From: an uncultured Bacteroidota bacterium
GTDB lineage: Bacteria > Bacteroidota > Bacteroidia > Chitinophagales > Chitinophagaceae
DNA length: 64,000 bases
Direction: 5' to 3'
Assembly (NCBI GenBank): GCA_903882805.1
Contig: CAIRYK010000094.1
Location: forward strand, 34,242-98,241
Below the pieces are notes generated by a model. That model worked only from the letters and a program-made list of their open reading frames with translations. It made no database searches and had not been told where the DNA came from. Position 1 is the first letter of the stretch, and the number at the start of each line of letters is the position of its first letter. Both the position numbers and the translations under genes were made by a program. Positions 39,003 to 48,248 of the stretch are shown here, piece by piece.

Positions 39003-39398
39003 TTAGTTACCATATACCTCGCGCGCCTTAGGGGCAACATATGGATTCCGGTAGTCTATGTCGGCAGCCACATGGCCATTTACCACCTTAAAATTGTAGT
39101 ACTTTTTTTCTCGTCCCTGCGGTGACAGATATACTTTTTTTGCGCGAGCAGTTACACCATTCGAAATAATGTCGACGTGATAGCTACCCACGGGCAACAA
39201 CGGGGAATAATACATACCATCTTCGCCCGTAAAAACATCTACCACATCCATATTTTTACTAATTCTTACTACAGCGTCTACCAATGGTTTGTTTTTACCG
39301 TCGGTTACTTTACCCGATAGAATAGCTTGCTGTGCCATTGAAGAAAAAGAGCAAAGTAATGCAACAAAAGAAAACGCATATATAGCAGCTACTTTCAT
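39003..39398 (-). CDS. Secreted carboxypeptidase-regulatory-like (transthyretin-fold) domain protein
   Basis: 131 aa. Signal ends SSMA|Q. LSGKVTDGKNKPLVDAVV...GSYHV is typical of the CarboxypepD_reg pattern. Confidence 0.5.
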   Translation of the reverse strand: MKVAAIYAFSFVALLCSFSSMAQQAILSGKVTDGKNKPLVDAVVRISKNMDVVDVFTGEDGMYYSPLLPVGSYHVDIISNGVTARAKKVYLSPQGREKKYYNFKVVNGHVAADIDYRNPYVAPKAREVYGN

Positions 39399-39497
39399 GA
39401 AAAAGAGTTTGGAATAAAAGTAATTATTTTCTGCAAAAAACCACTTAAACCACTAATATTGTCTTTCGATATCAAGGTGTGCTGCACGCCGTAAACT

Positions 39498-40109
39498 ATG
39501 AACATGCTGAAAGAAATATTAAACATATCCAACCAATATGCTGAAGGGGCCAAAAAAGTACAGCGACGTCGCGATGAATGGCTGGTAAAATATCCGGAGT
39601 TAAAAAACCACCTGAAAGAAATTGCTGATTACCTGAATGCAAACACCACCTATCAGCAAGGTTTTTTTGTAGATAGCCTGCATGCTTTCAATGAAGATAT
39701 AAAGGGTACGAGCTCAAAGATGCCTTCTGTGTCATTCCGGTCGGGGGAAATGCCCATGTTGGTAACCTTTAAAAATAGCATGGGCGAGAAAAAAGGTTAT
39801 GTAGAGGAAGGCTTCCATATCACATTCAATCCTACTATAACGGGTGAAATTGTGGTATTGCTACTACCCCACCAAAGCGACCTCAATGATGAACCGCCGC
39901 CATACACTACTCTGGCTATCATCGACGACCCTATTGAACTGACAATGGACCTTGCCGAACAAATAATAAAAACGGGGATGGAAATCGCCCAAAAGTCGAG
40001 TTTCACGGGTATGACCGTAAGAACCGATGATGAAGACGACATACCGCAGGTGCGGCAAACAAACCCAATTGGCTTTAAGAGATATGAAACAACTGAGAAA
40101 ATCAAGTAA
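39498..40109 (+). CDS. Hypothetical cytoplasmic protein
   Basis: 203-aa ORF with normal composition and no motif I recognise. Its 3' end overlaps the next gene by 26 nt. Confidence 0.5.
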   Translation: MNMLKEILNISNQYAEGAKKVQRRRDEWLVKYPELKNHLKEIADYLNANTTYQQGFFVDSLHAFNEDIKGTSSKMPSVSFRSGEMPMLVTFKNSMGEKKGYVEEGFHITFNPTITGEIVVLLLPHQSDLNDEPPPYTTLAIIDDPIELTMDLAEQIIKTGMEIAQKSSFTGMTVRTDDEDDIPQVRQTNPIGFKRYETTEKIK

Positions 40110-40941
40110 ACTGGCGATTTTGTGCGGAGCCATTTGCGCCTTTGCCGCTTGTAATAATGCGACTGAAAATAAGCAAACCGCTACAACCGAATCAACAGAG
40201 AGCGCATCAGCGCCTTCTATACCCATACCTACCGCTATTTCGTATGATGTGGTCAACACCTACCCGCACGACGCTAAGGCATTTACCGAAGGCTTGGAGT
40301 ATTACGACGGCTTTCTTTACGAGGGAACGGGTAATTATGGAGAATCGGACCTGCGCAAGGTAAACCTCCAGACAGGCGAAGTACTATTATCAAAGAAACT
40401 GGATAAAAAGTATTTTGGCGAAGGCATAACCATATTGAATGGCAAAATATACCAACTTACCTACCGAGAGGGCAAGGGTTTTGTATATGACCTGGCCACG
40501 CTGAAAGAGGAAAAGTCGTTTATTTTCAACGCAGCCGAGGGATGGGGAATGCTCAACAACGGCGCTCACCTCATTTACGACGATGGCACTAATGTGCTAC
40601 ATTTTTTAGACCCCGAAACGTTTAAGGAAGTAAAAACACTGGCTGTAAAAGACGAGCACGGCCCGGTAAACAACCTTAATGAGCCTGAGTTTATTAAAGG
40701 CTATTTATATGCCAACCAATGGCTGACCGATATAATACTGAAAATAGATACAGCCACCGGCTACGTTGTTGGGCGCGCCGATTTAACGAACATTCGCGAA
40801 CGGTTGGGCATACCGCCAGTTACCAACAGAAGGTATAGCCCCGATGTAATGAATGGTATAGCCTACGATGCCAAAACCAACCGAATATTCATTACCGGTA
40901 AGTACTGGCCTAAGCTGATTGAAGTGAAATTAGATAATTGA
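40084..40941 (+). CDS. Glutaminyl-peptide cyclotransferase (plant/bacterial beta-propeller type), lipoprotein
   Basis: 285 aa from MKQLRKSSKLAILCGAICAFAACNN. Contains YPHDAKAFTEGLEYYDGFLYEGTGNYGESDLRKV and GEGITILNGKIYQLTYREG, typical of Glu_cyclase_2. Confidence 0.85.
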   Translation: MKQLRKSSKLAILCGAICAFAACNNATENKQTATTESTESASAPSIPIPTAISYDVVNTYPHDAKAFTEGLEYYDGFLYEGTGNYGESDLRKVNLQTGEVLLSKKLDKKYFGEGITILNGKIYQLTYREGKGFVYDLATLKEEKSFIFNAAEGWGMLNNGAHLIYDDGTNVLHFLDPETFKEVKTLAVKDEHGPVNNLNEPEFIKGYLYANQWLTDIILKIDTATGYVVGRADLTNIRERLGIPPVTNRRYSPDVMNGIAYDAKTNRIFITGKYWPKLIEVKLDN

Positions 40942-41034
40942 TTGTCAGTAATTTAAGAAAATATAGCTAAAACTAACTTTAGCAACCTACATCTTTCCAT
41001 TTGGCACGAGTGATCCTGCGGAACACTTGCGCCA

Positions 41035-41118
41035 GATGAATTAATGAATGCCATAGCCTACGGTGCCAAAACCAACCGCATATTTAAAACCGGTAAAAAC
41101 TGGCCAAAGCTGATTTAA
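41035..41118 (+). pseudogene. Decayed duplicate of the glutaminyl cyclase 3' end
   Basis: Aligns by eye to 40843-40950 at roughly four-fifths identity. It translates as DELMNAIAYGAKTNRIFKTGKNWPKLI* against DVMNGIAYDAKTNRIFITGKYWPKLIEVKLDN*. DNA similarity continues past the stop to about 41153. Confidence 0.75.
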
Positions 41119-41182
41119 ATACAATTAGACAATTGATTATCAATACAATAAACCACCACAACAACATAAAAACTACAAGCAT

Positions 41183-42622
41183 CTACATCATCCCCTTTAC
41201 CATATTCCCCAATTTTTTTAGCGCTTTATCTACTTCGGGCGTCCATTGCATACCGTAGCTGATGCGCATGCAGTTTTGGTATTTTTCCTGTAGCGTAAAC
41301 ATAGTGCCGGGCGCTATACTTATTTTTTGCTGTATAGCTTCCTGATACAGCGCATAGGTATCTATTTTCTTATCCAGTTCCAGCCACAATATAAAACCGC
41401 CCTTGGGGTTAGATAGTTTTATACCGCCGGGAAAATACTCGCCTATAGCTCTGGTAAATTGCAAACTGTTGGCATGGAGCGTTTGTCTCATTTTCCTTAA
41501 ATGATATTCATACCTACCCGTAGCCAGAAAGCTGCCAATAGCAGCCTGTTGAGCAGTTGCTGTGGTTATGCTGTGGTACAGCTTCAGGCGCTTCACTTTC
41601 TCTATATACTTACCGGGCGCTACCCACCCTACCCTATAACCGGGCGCCAATGTTTTTGATATGGAGCTACACCATAGCACATTACCTTCATCGTCGAAGC
41701 TCTTGCATGATTTTGGTCGGCTTGTTCCAAAATATACATCGCCATACAGGTCATCCTCTATAAGCGGCGTTCCATGTTTCGACAACAGCTTTACAACAGC
41801 CTCCTTTTGTTCGTCGGGCATACAATACCCAAGCGGATTGCTAAAGTTGGTAACAAAAAATACCGCTTTTATATCATGCTTTTCCAGCGCTTTCTTCAGG
41901 TCGTCGGGGTCTACGCCTGTATCGGGGTCTGTGGGCAACTCCAGCACCTTCAAACCTATGCTCTGCGCAAACCTGAGCGTTCCAAAATATACCGGGCTTT
42001 CTACTGCTATCGTGTCGCCGGGCTTAGTAATGGCCATAAGGCAATAAGCGATTGCGTTCATACATCCCGAAGTTGTTACCAGATCTTCCGGCTGTAGGCG
42101 CCCGCCCCAGTGCATAGACCACCTGGCCACTTGCCGCCGCAGCGTGTCATTACCCTGTATTTGCTCATAAGAAGTGCCGTTGGCGGGCAAGTCGCGCAAT
42201 GCCTGCATCATGGCCTTGTTCAGTTTGGCCAACGGTAAAATTTCGGGAGCGGGCACGCTTAGGGAAAACCGGGTTATACCGGGCATATTAAAATCGTCGT
42301 ACACCTCGCCAATAATAGACTCCACATTTTTGGTGCGCACTGCAGGCGCCGGGTCGCTCTTACCAATTTTCTGCGGAAATCGGGATGGATTAAAACATAC
42401 ATAATAGCCCGATTGTGGCCGCGGCTCTATCAATCCCTTACTTTCCAGATGCAGGTAAGCTTGCAAAATGGTGCTCACGCTTATGCCATGCTCCTTACTC
42501 AGCAGGCGCACCGAGGGTAGCTTATCCCCTATTTTAATCGTTTGCCCCATTATCTGCTGCTCTATCATTTCAGCAATTCTCAGGTATTTATGGTCGCTTA
42601 CGCCTTTTGTTACTATTTTCAT
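41183..42622 (-). CDS. MocR/PdxR-family regulator (GntR winged HTH fused to a class I aminotransferase-like domain)
   Basis: About 479 aa from MKIVTKG. N-terminal GDKLPSVRLLSKEHGISVSTI HTH, and a C-terminal PLP fold (SKTLAPGYRVGW). Confidence 0.85.
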   Translation of the reverse strand: MKIVTKGVSDHKYLRIAEMIEQQIMGQTIKIGDKLPSVRLLSKEHGISVSTILQAYLHLESKGLIEPRPQSGYYVCFNPSRFPQKIGKSDPAPAVRTKNVESIIGEVYDDFNMPGITRFSLSVPAPEILPLAKLNKAMMQALRDLPANGTSYEQIQGNDTLRRQVARWSMHWGGRLQPEDLVTTSGCMNAIAYCLMAITKPGDTIAVESPVYFGTLRFAQSIGLKVLELPTDPDTGVDPDDLKKALEKHDIKAVFFVTNFSNPLGYCMPDEQKEAVVKLLSKHGTPLIEDDLYGDVYFGTSRPKSCKSFDDEGNVLWCSSISKTLAPGYRVGWVAPGKYIEKVKRLKLYHSITTATAQQAAIGSFLATGRYEYHLRKMRQTLHANSLQFTRAIGEYFPGGIKLSNPKGGFILWLELDKKIDTYALYQEAIQQKISIAPGTMFTLQEKYQNCMRISYGMQWTPEVDKALKKLGNMVKGMM

Positions 42623-42805
42623 AAAACAAACTGTTATGGTCAAAAATAGAAAAATTGTGTCTGTTTTGTTCTAAAAATATTTTTCAATTTTGTCTCAGAT
42701 TTTAATCGAGTCATTTACTGTTTTTTAAGGGCATCTGGTCAAAAAAAAGAACAATAAAATAGATGACAACCCGTAATAATAAACCCTAAGGTTAGAAAAC
42801 CACAC

Positions 42806-43771
42806 ATGATGACAAAAAATGCTAAAGCCTACATTGCCCTTATTTTTATTTGCATAGTTTGGGGTACCACCTATTTAGCCATACGCGTGGGTGTAGAAAG
42901 CTATCCGGCGGCATTTCTGTTTGCCGGTGTCAGGCAAACAATTGCAGGACTCATCCTGATGGCAATAGCGCTGATAGTGAGTAAACAGAAGGATGTATCT
43001 GCCAAAAATATTGTGCACCAAATGATGGTAGGCTTTCTGATGCTGACAGTAGGTAACGGCGGCGTAACCTGGGGAGAAAAATACATACCCAGCGGCATAG
43101 CGGCATTGCTGTGCTCTATGATGCCCTTGTTTGCTGTGCTTTTCAACTTGATCGGGTCGAAAAAAGAGAAGTTCAACAGCCTAATTGGCGTCGGCATGGT
43201 ACTTGGCGTATGCGGCGTCGGGCTCATATTCAGACATAATCTGGCAGATATGACCAAGCCCGAAAACCTGGGCGGTATCTGTGCCATATTGCTGGCCACA
43301 TCGTCTTGGGCATTGGGTAGTATCATAAACAAGAAAAAAGCGGCTACCGTCAACCCGTTTTTTAACTCTGGTATGCAATTGCTTTTTGGTGGCGTGTTTA
43401 TGTTAGCGCTAAGTCCGGCGATAGATGACTATACGGGCATGCAAATTTGGAATACAAACGGACTACTGGCCATGGGCTACCTGGTTGTGTTTGGGTCGGT
43501 GCTGGCCTATGCCAGTTATATGTATGCGCTCAGCGCCCTACCGGTAGGTATTGCCACCATATATGCCTACATCAATCCGCTTATTGCAGTTCTTGCCGGA
43601 TGGATGTTTTTGCACGAAGAACTGAATATATATACAGGCCTTGCTTTTGCTACTATAGTAGTAAGCGTGTACCTGGTAAATATGGGCTACCGCAAGCAAC
43701 ATAAACAAGCAGCTATAAGCGCGGCGCTCAACACAGCTGAAGCATTCCCTGAAAATTCCTCATCCAATTGA
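42806..43771 (+). CDS. EamA/DMT-superfamily transporter
   Basis: 321 aa, 10 TM helices in two EamA repeats. Divergent from the MocR regulator. Confidence 0.85.
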   Translation: MMTKNAKAYIALIFICIVWGTTYLAIRVGVESYPAAFLFAGVRQTIAGLILMAIALIVSKQKDVSAKNIVHQMMVGFLMLTVGNGGVTWGEKYIPSGIAALLCSMMPLFAVLFNLIGSKKEKFNSLIGVGMVLGVCGVGLIFRHNLADMTKPENLGGICAILLATSSWALGSIINKKKAATVNPFFNSGMQLLFGGVFMLALSPAIDDYTGMQIWNTNGLLAMGYLVVFGSVLAYASYMYALSALPVGIATIYAYINPLIAVLAGWMFLHEELNIYTGLAFATIVVSVYLVNMGYRKQHKQAAISAALNTAEAFPENSSSN

Positions 43772-43792
43772 TAACCAAATAAAATCAAACCA

Positions 43793-44842
43793 ATGGAAAA
43801 CACCATCCTGATTGAAATGCAAATGGAAAAACAAGTGGTCAACACTAAGTCGTCGCCATTTGGAAAAACGCCCACCGACCATATGTTTGTGGCAGAATAC
43901 AAAGACGGAGCATGGGAGAATGCCCGTATTGTGCCGTTTCAAAACCTGACGTTGAGTCCGTTATCGCTTTGCCTGCATTATGGCCAAACTGTTTTTGAAG
44001 GCATGAAAGCATTTCAAAATGCAGATGGTGGAATAAACGTTTTCAGGATGGAAAAGCACCATGACAGGTTCAACAAATCGCTGCACCGCATGTGCATGCC
44101 TGCAGTACCAAAGTCGCTGTTTTTTGAGGCAGTAACCCAATTGATAAAGCTGGATGCCGACTGGATGCCAGAAGACGCTGAGGGTAGCCTGTACATACGC
44201 CCATTTATGATTGCAACAGAAGAACGTATAGGCGTAAAGGTAAGCGATGAATATTTGTTTTTGGTGGTAGCAACGCCGGCCTACCAATACTATTCGAAGC
44301 CGTTGAACGTAAAAATAGAAACAAGCTATATTCGCTCCGCCGACGGAGGCACAGGCACAGCCAAATGCGGAGGCAACTATGGCGGCGCTTTCTACCCTAC
44401 TCAGTTAGCGCGCGAAGAGGGCTTTGATCAGGTATTATGGACCGACAGCATACACAACGAATTTATAGAAGAATCCGGCACCATGAACGCCATGTTCTAC
44501 ATAAATGATACGCTCATTACCCCGGTACTTTCCGGCACTATTCTCGATGGTGTTACCCGCGACTCGCTGCTGGCTATTGCTCGGCACAACGGCATAAAAG
44601 TAGAAGAACGCCAGATTAGCTACAACGAACTGATAAAAGCATTTGAAGAGGGCGCGAGGGTTGAGGCGTTTGGAGCCGGCACAGCTGCAGTTGTGGCGCC
44701 TATAGACACAATCACTATTGGCCATAAAGCCTACAAATGCAATACCGAGCCCGATGCAATAATGTTTACGCTGGCAAATGCGCTATACGATATACGCAAA
44801 GGGTATGCGCCAGATATTTTTAACTGGAACACAGAAATATAG
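43793..44842 (+). CDS. ilvE: Branched-chain amino acid aminotransferase (fold type IV)
   Basis: 349 aa. Contains LHYGQTVFEGMKAF, an EGSLYIRPF...-type block, and GTGTAKCGGNY. Confidence 0.88.
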   Translation: MENTILIEMQMEKQVVNTKSSPFGKTPTDHMFVAEYKDGAWENARIVPFQNLTLSPLSLCLHYGQTVFEGMKAFQNADGGINVFRMEKHHDRFNKSLHRMCMPAVPKSLFFEAVTQLIKLDADWMPEDAEGSLYIRPFMIATEERIGVKVSDEYLFLVVATPAYQYYSKPLNVKIETSYIRSADGGTGTAKCGGNYGGAFYPTQLAREEGFDQVLWTDSIHNEFIEESGTMNAMFYINDTLITPVLSGTILDGVTRDSLLAIARHNGIKVEERQISYNELIKAFEEGARVEAFGAGTAAVVAPIDTITIGHKAYKCNTEPDAIMFTLANALYDIRKGYAPDIFNWNTEI

Positions 44843-44844
44843 CC

Positions 44845-45291
44845 ATGGCACAAACTATAATCTATAAAAACTACGAAATAACCACCGATAAGGCTGTAAT
44901 GAATCCTATTGAAGTGCATCAATGGCTTTCGGAAGTTTCGTATTGGGCAAAGGGCATTCCGTACGATTTATTCAAAACTGCCTACGACAATTCGTTTTGC
45001 GTAGGAGCATTGCACGACGGTCGCCAGATTGGGTTTGGCAGATTGATAACTGATTACGCCACTTTCGGATATCTGGCCGATGTATATGTGCTTGAGGAGT
45101 ACAGAGGCGAAGGCATAAGCAAAGTAATGATGCAGGTGCTTTTTGAAACCGACTGGGTACAAAAATTGCGTAGAATAAAACTAATGACGCAAGATGCTCA
45201 TGGGCTTTACGAAAAGATTGGATTTAAGCCCTACCAGTATCCCGAACGCGCCATGGAACTTAACCCGCAAGCAAAGTACACAGCGGACTAA
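44845..45291 (+). CDS. GNAT-family N-acetyltransferase
   Basis: 148 aa. The acetyl-CoA-binding segment YRGEGISKVMM fits R/Q-x-x-G-x-G/A. Confidence 0.75.
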   Translation: MAQTIIYKNYEITTDKAVMNPIEVHQWLSEVSYWAKGIPYDLFKTAYDNSFCVGALHDGRQIGFGRLITDYATFGYLADVYVLEEYRGEGISKVMMQVLFETDWVQKLRRIKLMTQDAHGLYEKIGFKPYQYPERAMELNPQAKYTAD

Positions 45292-45358
45292 TAAACAACC
45301 CTACAGAAGCTGATTAAAAAAATATAAACCAATACTACAACTTTAAATCACCAATACT

Positions 45359-45925
45359 ATGAGTATCAACTATCTGGAAAGCGCCAAACGGCAATTTAAG
45401 ATGTACAAACAGTTGGGCGAAAAAGCTATGGCTCAACTGGACGAGCAGGAACTAAACTGGCAAGCAAACGAAGACAGTAACAGCATAGCCACTATTGTAA
45501 AACACCTATCGGGAAATATGCTGAGTCGATGGACCGATTTTCTGACAACCGACGGCGAAAAACCCTGGCGACTGCGCGATGCCGAATTCGATAGCGACGC
45601 TATAACAAGAGATCAGCTAATGGCTATCTGGGAAAAAGGCTGGCAATGCCTCTTTGATGCACTGGATAGCATAACCGACGACGATCTGGAAAGGATAATT
45701 TATATACGAAATGAAGGCGACACTATTCTTGCCAACATCAACCGTCAGATTTCTCATTACGCTTACCACGTAGGACAAATTGTATATGCCTCAAAGCTGA
45801 GGGTAAAAACCGAATGGCAAAGTTTGTCGATACCGCGAAACAAATCGAATGATTACAACAATGCGAAATTTGCAAAGGATAAAGAAAACAGGCATTTCAC
45901 CGACGACTGGAAAGAAAAGAAATAG
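45359..45925 (+). CDS. DinB-superfamily / DUF1572-like protein
   Basis: 188 aa. Four-helix pattern with His residues (KHLSGNM..., HYAYHVGQIV). Confidence 0.55.
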   Translation: MSINYLESAKRQFKMYKQLGEKAMAQLDEQELNWQANEDSNSIATIVKHLSGNMLSRWTDFLTTDGEKPWRLRDAEFDSDAITRDQLMAIWEKGWQCLFDALDSITDDDLERIIYIRNEGDTILANINRQISHYAYHVGQIVYASKLRVKTEWQSLSIPRNKSNDYNNAKFAKDKENRHFTDDWKEKK

Positions 45926-45943
45926 CGAACATAACAAAGCAGC

Positions 45944-45970
45944 AAAACGAAGCCCACAAAGCTTCGTTTT
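45944..45970 (+). terminator. Rho-independent terminator
   Basis: Stem aaaacgaagc / gcttcgtttt with a 7-nt loop and a T-rich tail. Confidence 0.75.
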
Positions 45971-46055
45971 TCTATTTACAGCTAACAAAAAGTGTACTTT
46001 TTTCAAAAAAACTAAATTTTATTGAACAATTATTCAATTTTATTAAAAACCTACT

Positions 46056-46063
46056 TACATTTG
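46056..46063 (+). promoter_or_regulatory. Candidate -7 promoter box for the DUF2089 operon
   Basis: Exact TAnnTTTG (tacatttg) 9 nt before the ATG at 46073. An inverted repeat ATTGAA-N6-TTCAAT lies at 46021-46038. Confidence 0.35.
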
Positions 46064-46072
46064 TAGTGAGTT

Positions 46073-46348
46073 ATGCAAAAGAATCTACCGCATATTTGTC
46101 CAAGCTGCAGCGCACAATTAAGCGTGAAATGCCTTGTATGCGAAAAATGCCAAACAGAAGTATCCGGAATTTTCAGTTTACCTATGTTGGCGAGCTTGAG
46201 CATTCAGGAACAGAATTTTATAATAGAATTTGTGAAAAGCAGCGGCAGCTTAAAAATAATGGCGCAAAAATTAGAACTTAGCTACCCTACCGTACGGAAT
46301 TTGCTCGACGACCTGATTGAGAAAATTGAAACCAAACAAAAAAACTAA
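46073..46348 (+). CDS. DUF2089-type zinc-ribbon plus HTH protein
   Basis: 91 aa. CPSC...CEKC zinc ribbon followed by a helix-turn-helix-like tail (LSYPTVRNLLDDL). Confidence 0.6.
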   Translation: MQKNLPHICPSCSAQLSVKCLVCEKCQTEVSGIFSLPMLASLSIQEQNFIIEFVKSSGSLKIMAQKLELSYPTVRNLLDDLIEKIETKQKN

Positions 46349-46362
46349 ACTAATTGAGCGAA

Positions 46363-46929
46363 ATGAACAAGTGGTTATTCAATCCTTTTCTATATCTGGC
46401 CGACGTAAAAGCGCTACTTTATGGCTGGATAGCTATGATTGTTACGGCTATAATTGGGTTAGCAAGCTATACTCATTTCGATGGCGTTATAGATGTGCAT
46501 ACTGCCAGTAAATCATATTCAATTGGTTATCACTTGCTTGAGCAATTGGTAGATTGGTCTTGTGCCACATTGATTTTTTGGGGAGCAGGCGCGCTTGTGT
46601 CAAAATCGGCTGTGCGCGTTATAGATATTGCAGGCACTATGGCATTTGCGCGCATACCCATGATTTTTGCAGCTATTGCCGGCTTTGGAATAAAAGTACC
46701 CGGACAACTTAAAACTGTAGATGAACTTGTAAATGCTATTACGCCTTTGGTTATCATTTCATCTTTGTTCAGCCTTGTATTTCTGATATGGATGGTCGCG
46801 CTGATGTATAACGCATTCAGGGTGTCTACTAACCTAAAAGGAGGCAAGGCTACCGTAGTGTTCATTGTTAGTCTTTTGTTTTCAGAAATCATCTCACATA
46901 TTCTCCTCGCCATTATTTCAAACCACTAA
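46363..46929 (+). CDS. Membrane protein (Yip1-like, 4-5 TM)
   Basis: 188 aa from the ATG at 46363 (the track start 46354 is TTG). Multiple hydrophobic helices. Confidence 0.55.
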   Translation: MNKWLFNPFLYLADVKALLYGWIAMIVTAIIGLASYTHFDGVIDVHTASKSYSIGYHLLEQLVDWSCATLIFWGAGALVSKSAVRVIDIAGTMAFARIPMIFAAIAGFGIKVPGQLKTVDELVNAITPLVIISSLFSLVFLIWMVALMYNAFRVSTNLKGGKATVVFIVSLLFSEIISHILLAIISNH

Positions 46930-46939
46930 TATATACTAT

Positions 46940-48202
46940 ATGAAAAAGCTATTCTTTGGCTTGTCATTGATCGCAATGACGGGAACCTCCATTGCCCAAA
47001 ACAGAGGCGACTACGATGAAGCAGTAAACAAAATAAAAAACTACTACAACAATCAAAAGGCCGACAGCCTTTTCGACATGTGCTCCGACAGGATTAAAAA
47101 CCTGATGCCTGCCGAAAAAACAAAACAGCTATTCGCGCAACTAAACGCACAAGTGGGCGCCATAAAATCGTTCAGGTTTACACGCCAAGATAAAGGAATC
47201 TGTTACTACAAAACCGAATTCGGTAGCGCAACGCTATCTATGGTTTTGGCGCTCGACAAAGACAACAAACTGGAAACTTTCAGGTTTATTCCTTACACCG
47301 AAGAACAGGATGATAATGGACAAACTTATACCTACCAATCGCCAAGTGGAAATATTGTTGGAACCTTAGCAATGCCTAAGACTACAACAAAAATGCCACT
47401 AGCTATTATTATAGCCGGATCTGGCCCTACCGACCGAAACGGTAACAATACCATCAGCGGCAAAAGCAATGCATATAAAATGATAGCCGATTCGCTATTA
47501 AAACAGGGCATTGCGAGCATCAGGTACGATAAAAGGGGCGTTGGTGCAAGTATAGATGCCCTCAAAGATGAAAGCGCTGTACGTTTCGATGATATGATTG
47601 AAGATGCCGTTGGCTTTATAAAAATGGCAAAGCAAGATACCCGTTTCTCCAAAATCATTGTTATTGGTCATAGCGAGGGTTCGCTAATCGGTATGGCCGC
47701 CGCCACAAAAGAACAGGTTGAAGGTTTTGTTTCTATTGCCGGAATTGCGCAACGTGCCGACAAGGTTATCATAAAACAATTGAATGCACAATCAACTGAA
47801 GTCGGCGCAATAGCCAAGGGAATTTTGGATAGTTTGGCAGCAGGACATTTAGTTAAAAACATAGATCCCAACCTTAACTCCATTTTTCACACTTCGGTGC
47901 AGCCTTATTTGATATCCTGGTTGAAATACGACCCCTCTGTAGAGATAAAAAAGCTAAGACAACCTATTTTACTGATACAAGGTGACAACGATGTGCAGGT
48001 AGCTAAGGAAGAAGCTGAAAAACTGAAAAAAGCAGCTCCGGCAGCTACGCTAAAAATCATTGGCGGCATGAATCATGTATTGAAACAAGCCCCTACCGAC
48101 CGAACTCAAAATCTGGCCACCTATGCCAATAGCGAATTGCCGCTTAGCCCTGAGCTAATGCCCGAAATTGTTAAATTCATTAGCTCTTGTAAAAACAAAT
48201 AA
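46940..48202 (+). CDS. Secreted alpha/beta hydrolase with N-terminal accessory domain
   Basis: 420 aa from MKKLFFGLSLIAMTG (cleavage SIA|Q). Nucleophile elbow GHSEG and a later GDND...H pattern. Confidence 0.7.
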   Translation: MKKLFFGLSLIAMTGTSIAQNRGDYDEAVNKIKNYYNNQKADSLFDMCSDRIKNLMPAEKTKQLFAQLNAQVGAIKSFRFTRQDKGICYYKTEFGSATLSMVLALDKDNKLETFRFIPYTEEQDDNGQTYTYQSPSGNIVGTLAMPKTTTKMPLAIIIAGSGPTDRNGNNTISGKSNAYKMIADSLLKQGIASIRYDKRGVGASIDALKDESAVRFDDMIEDAVGFIKMAKQDTRFSKIIVIGHSEGSLIGMAAATKEQVEGFVSIAGIAQRADKVIIKQLNAQSTEVGAIAKGILDSLAAGHLVKNIDPNLNSIFHTSVQPYLISWLKYDPSVEIKKLRQPILLIQGDNDVQVAKEEAEKLKKAAPAATLKIIGGMNHVLKQAPTDRTQNLATYANSELPLSPELMPEIVKFISSCKNK

Positions 48203-48248
48203 CTGCACCAAGTTTAGAGTATTTTTAGTCTACTAAAGAAATGTAAAT

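Noticed and set aside
41001-41018. TTGGCACGAGTGATCCTGC, another sigma-54-like TGGCAC element
   Set aside because: The GC dinucleotide is 3 nt too far from the GG (the spacing is wrong). The sequence lies inside the decayed cyclase duplicate with no gene downstream on that strand.
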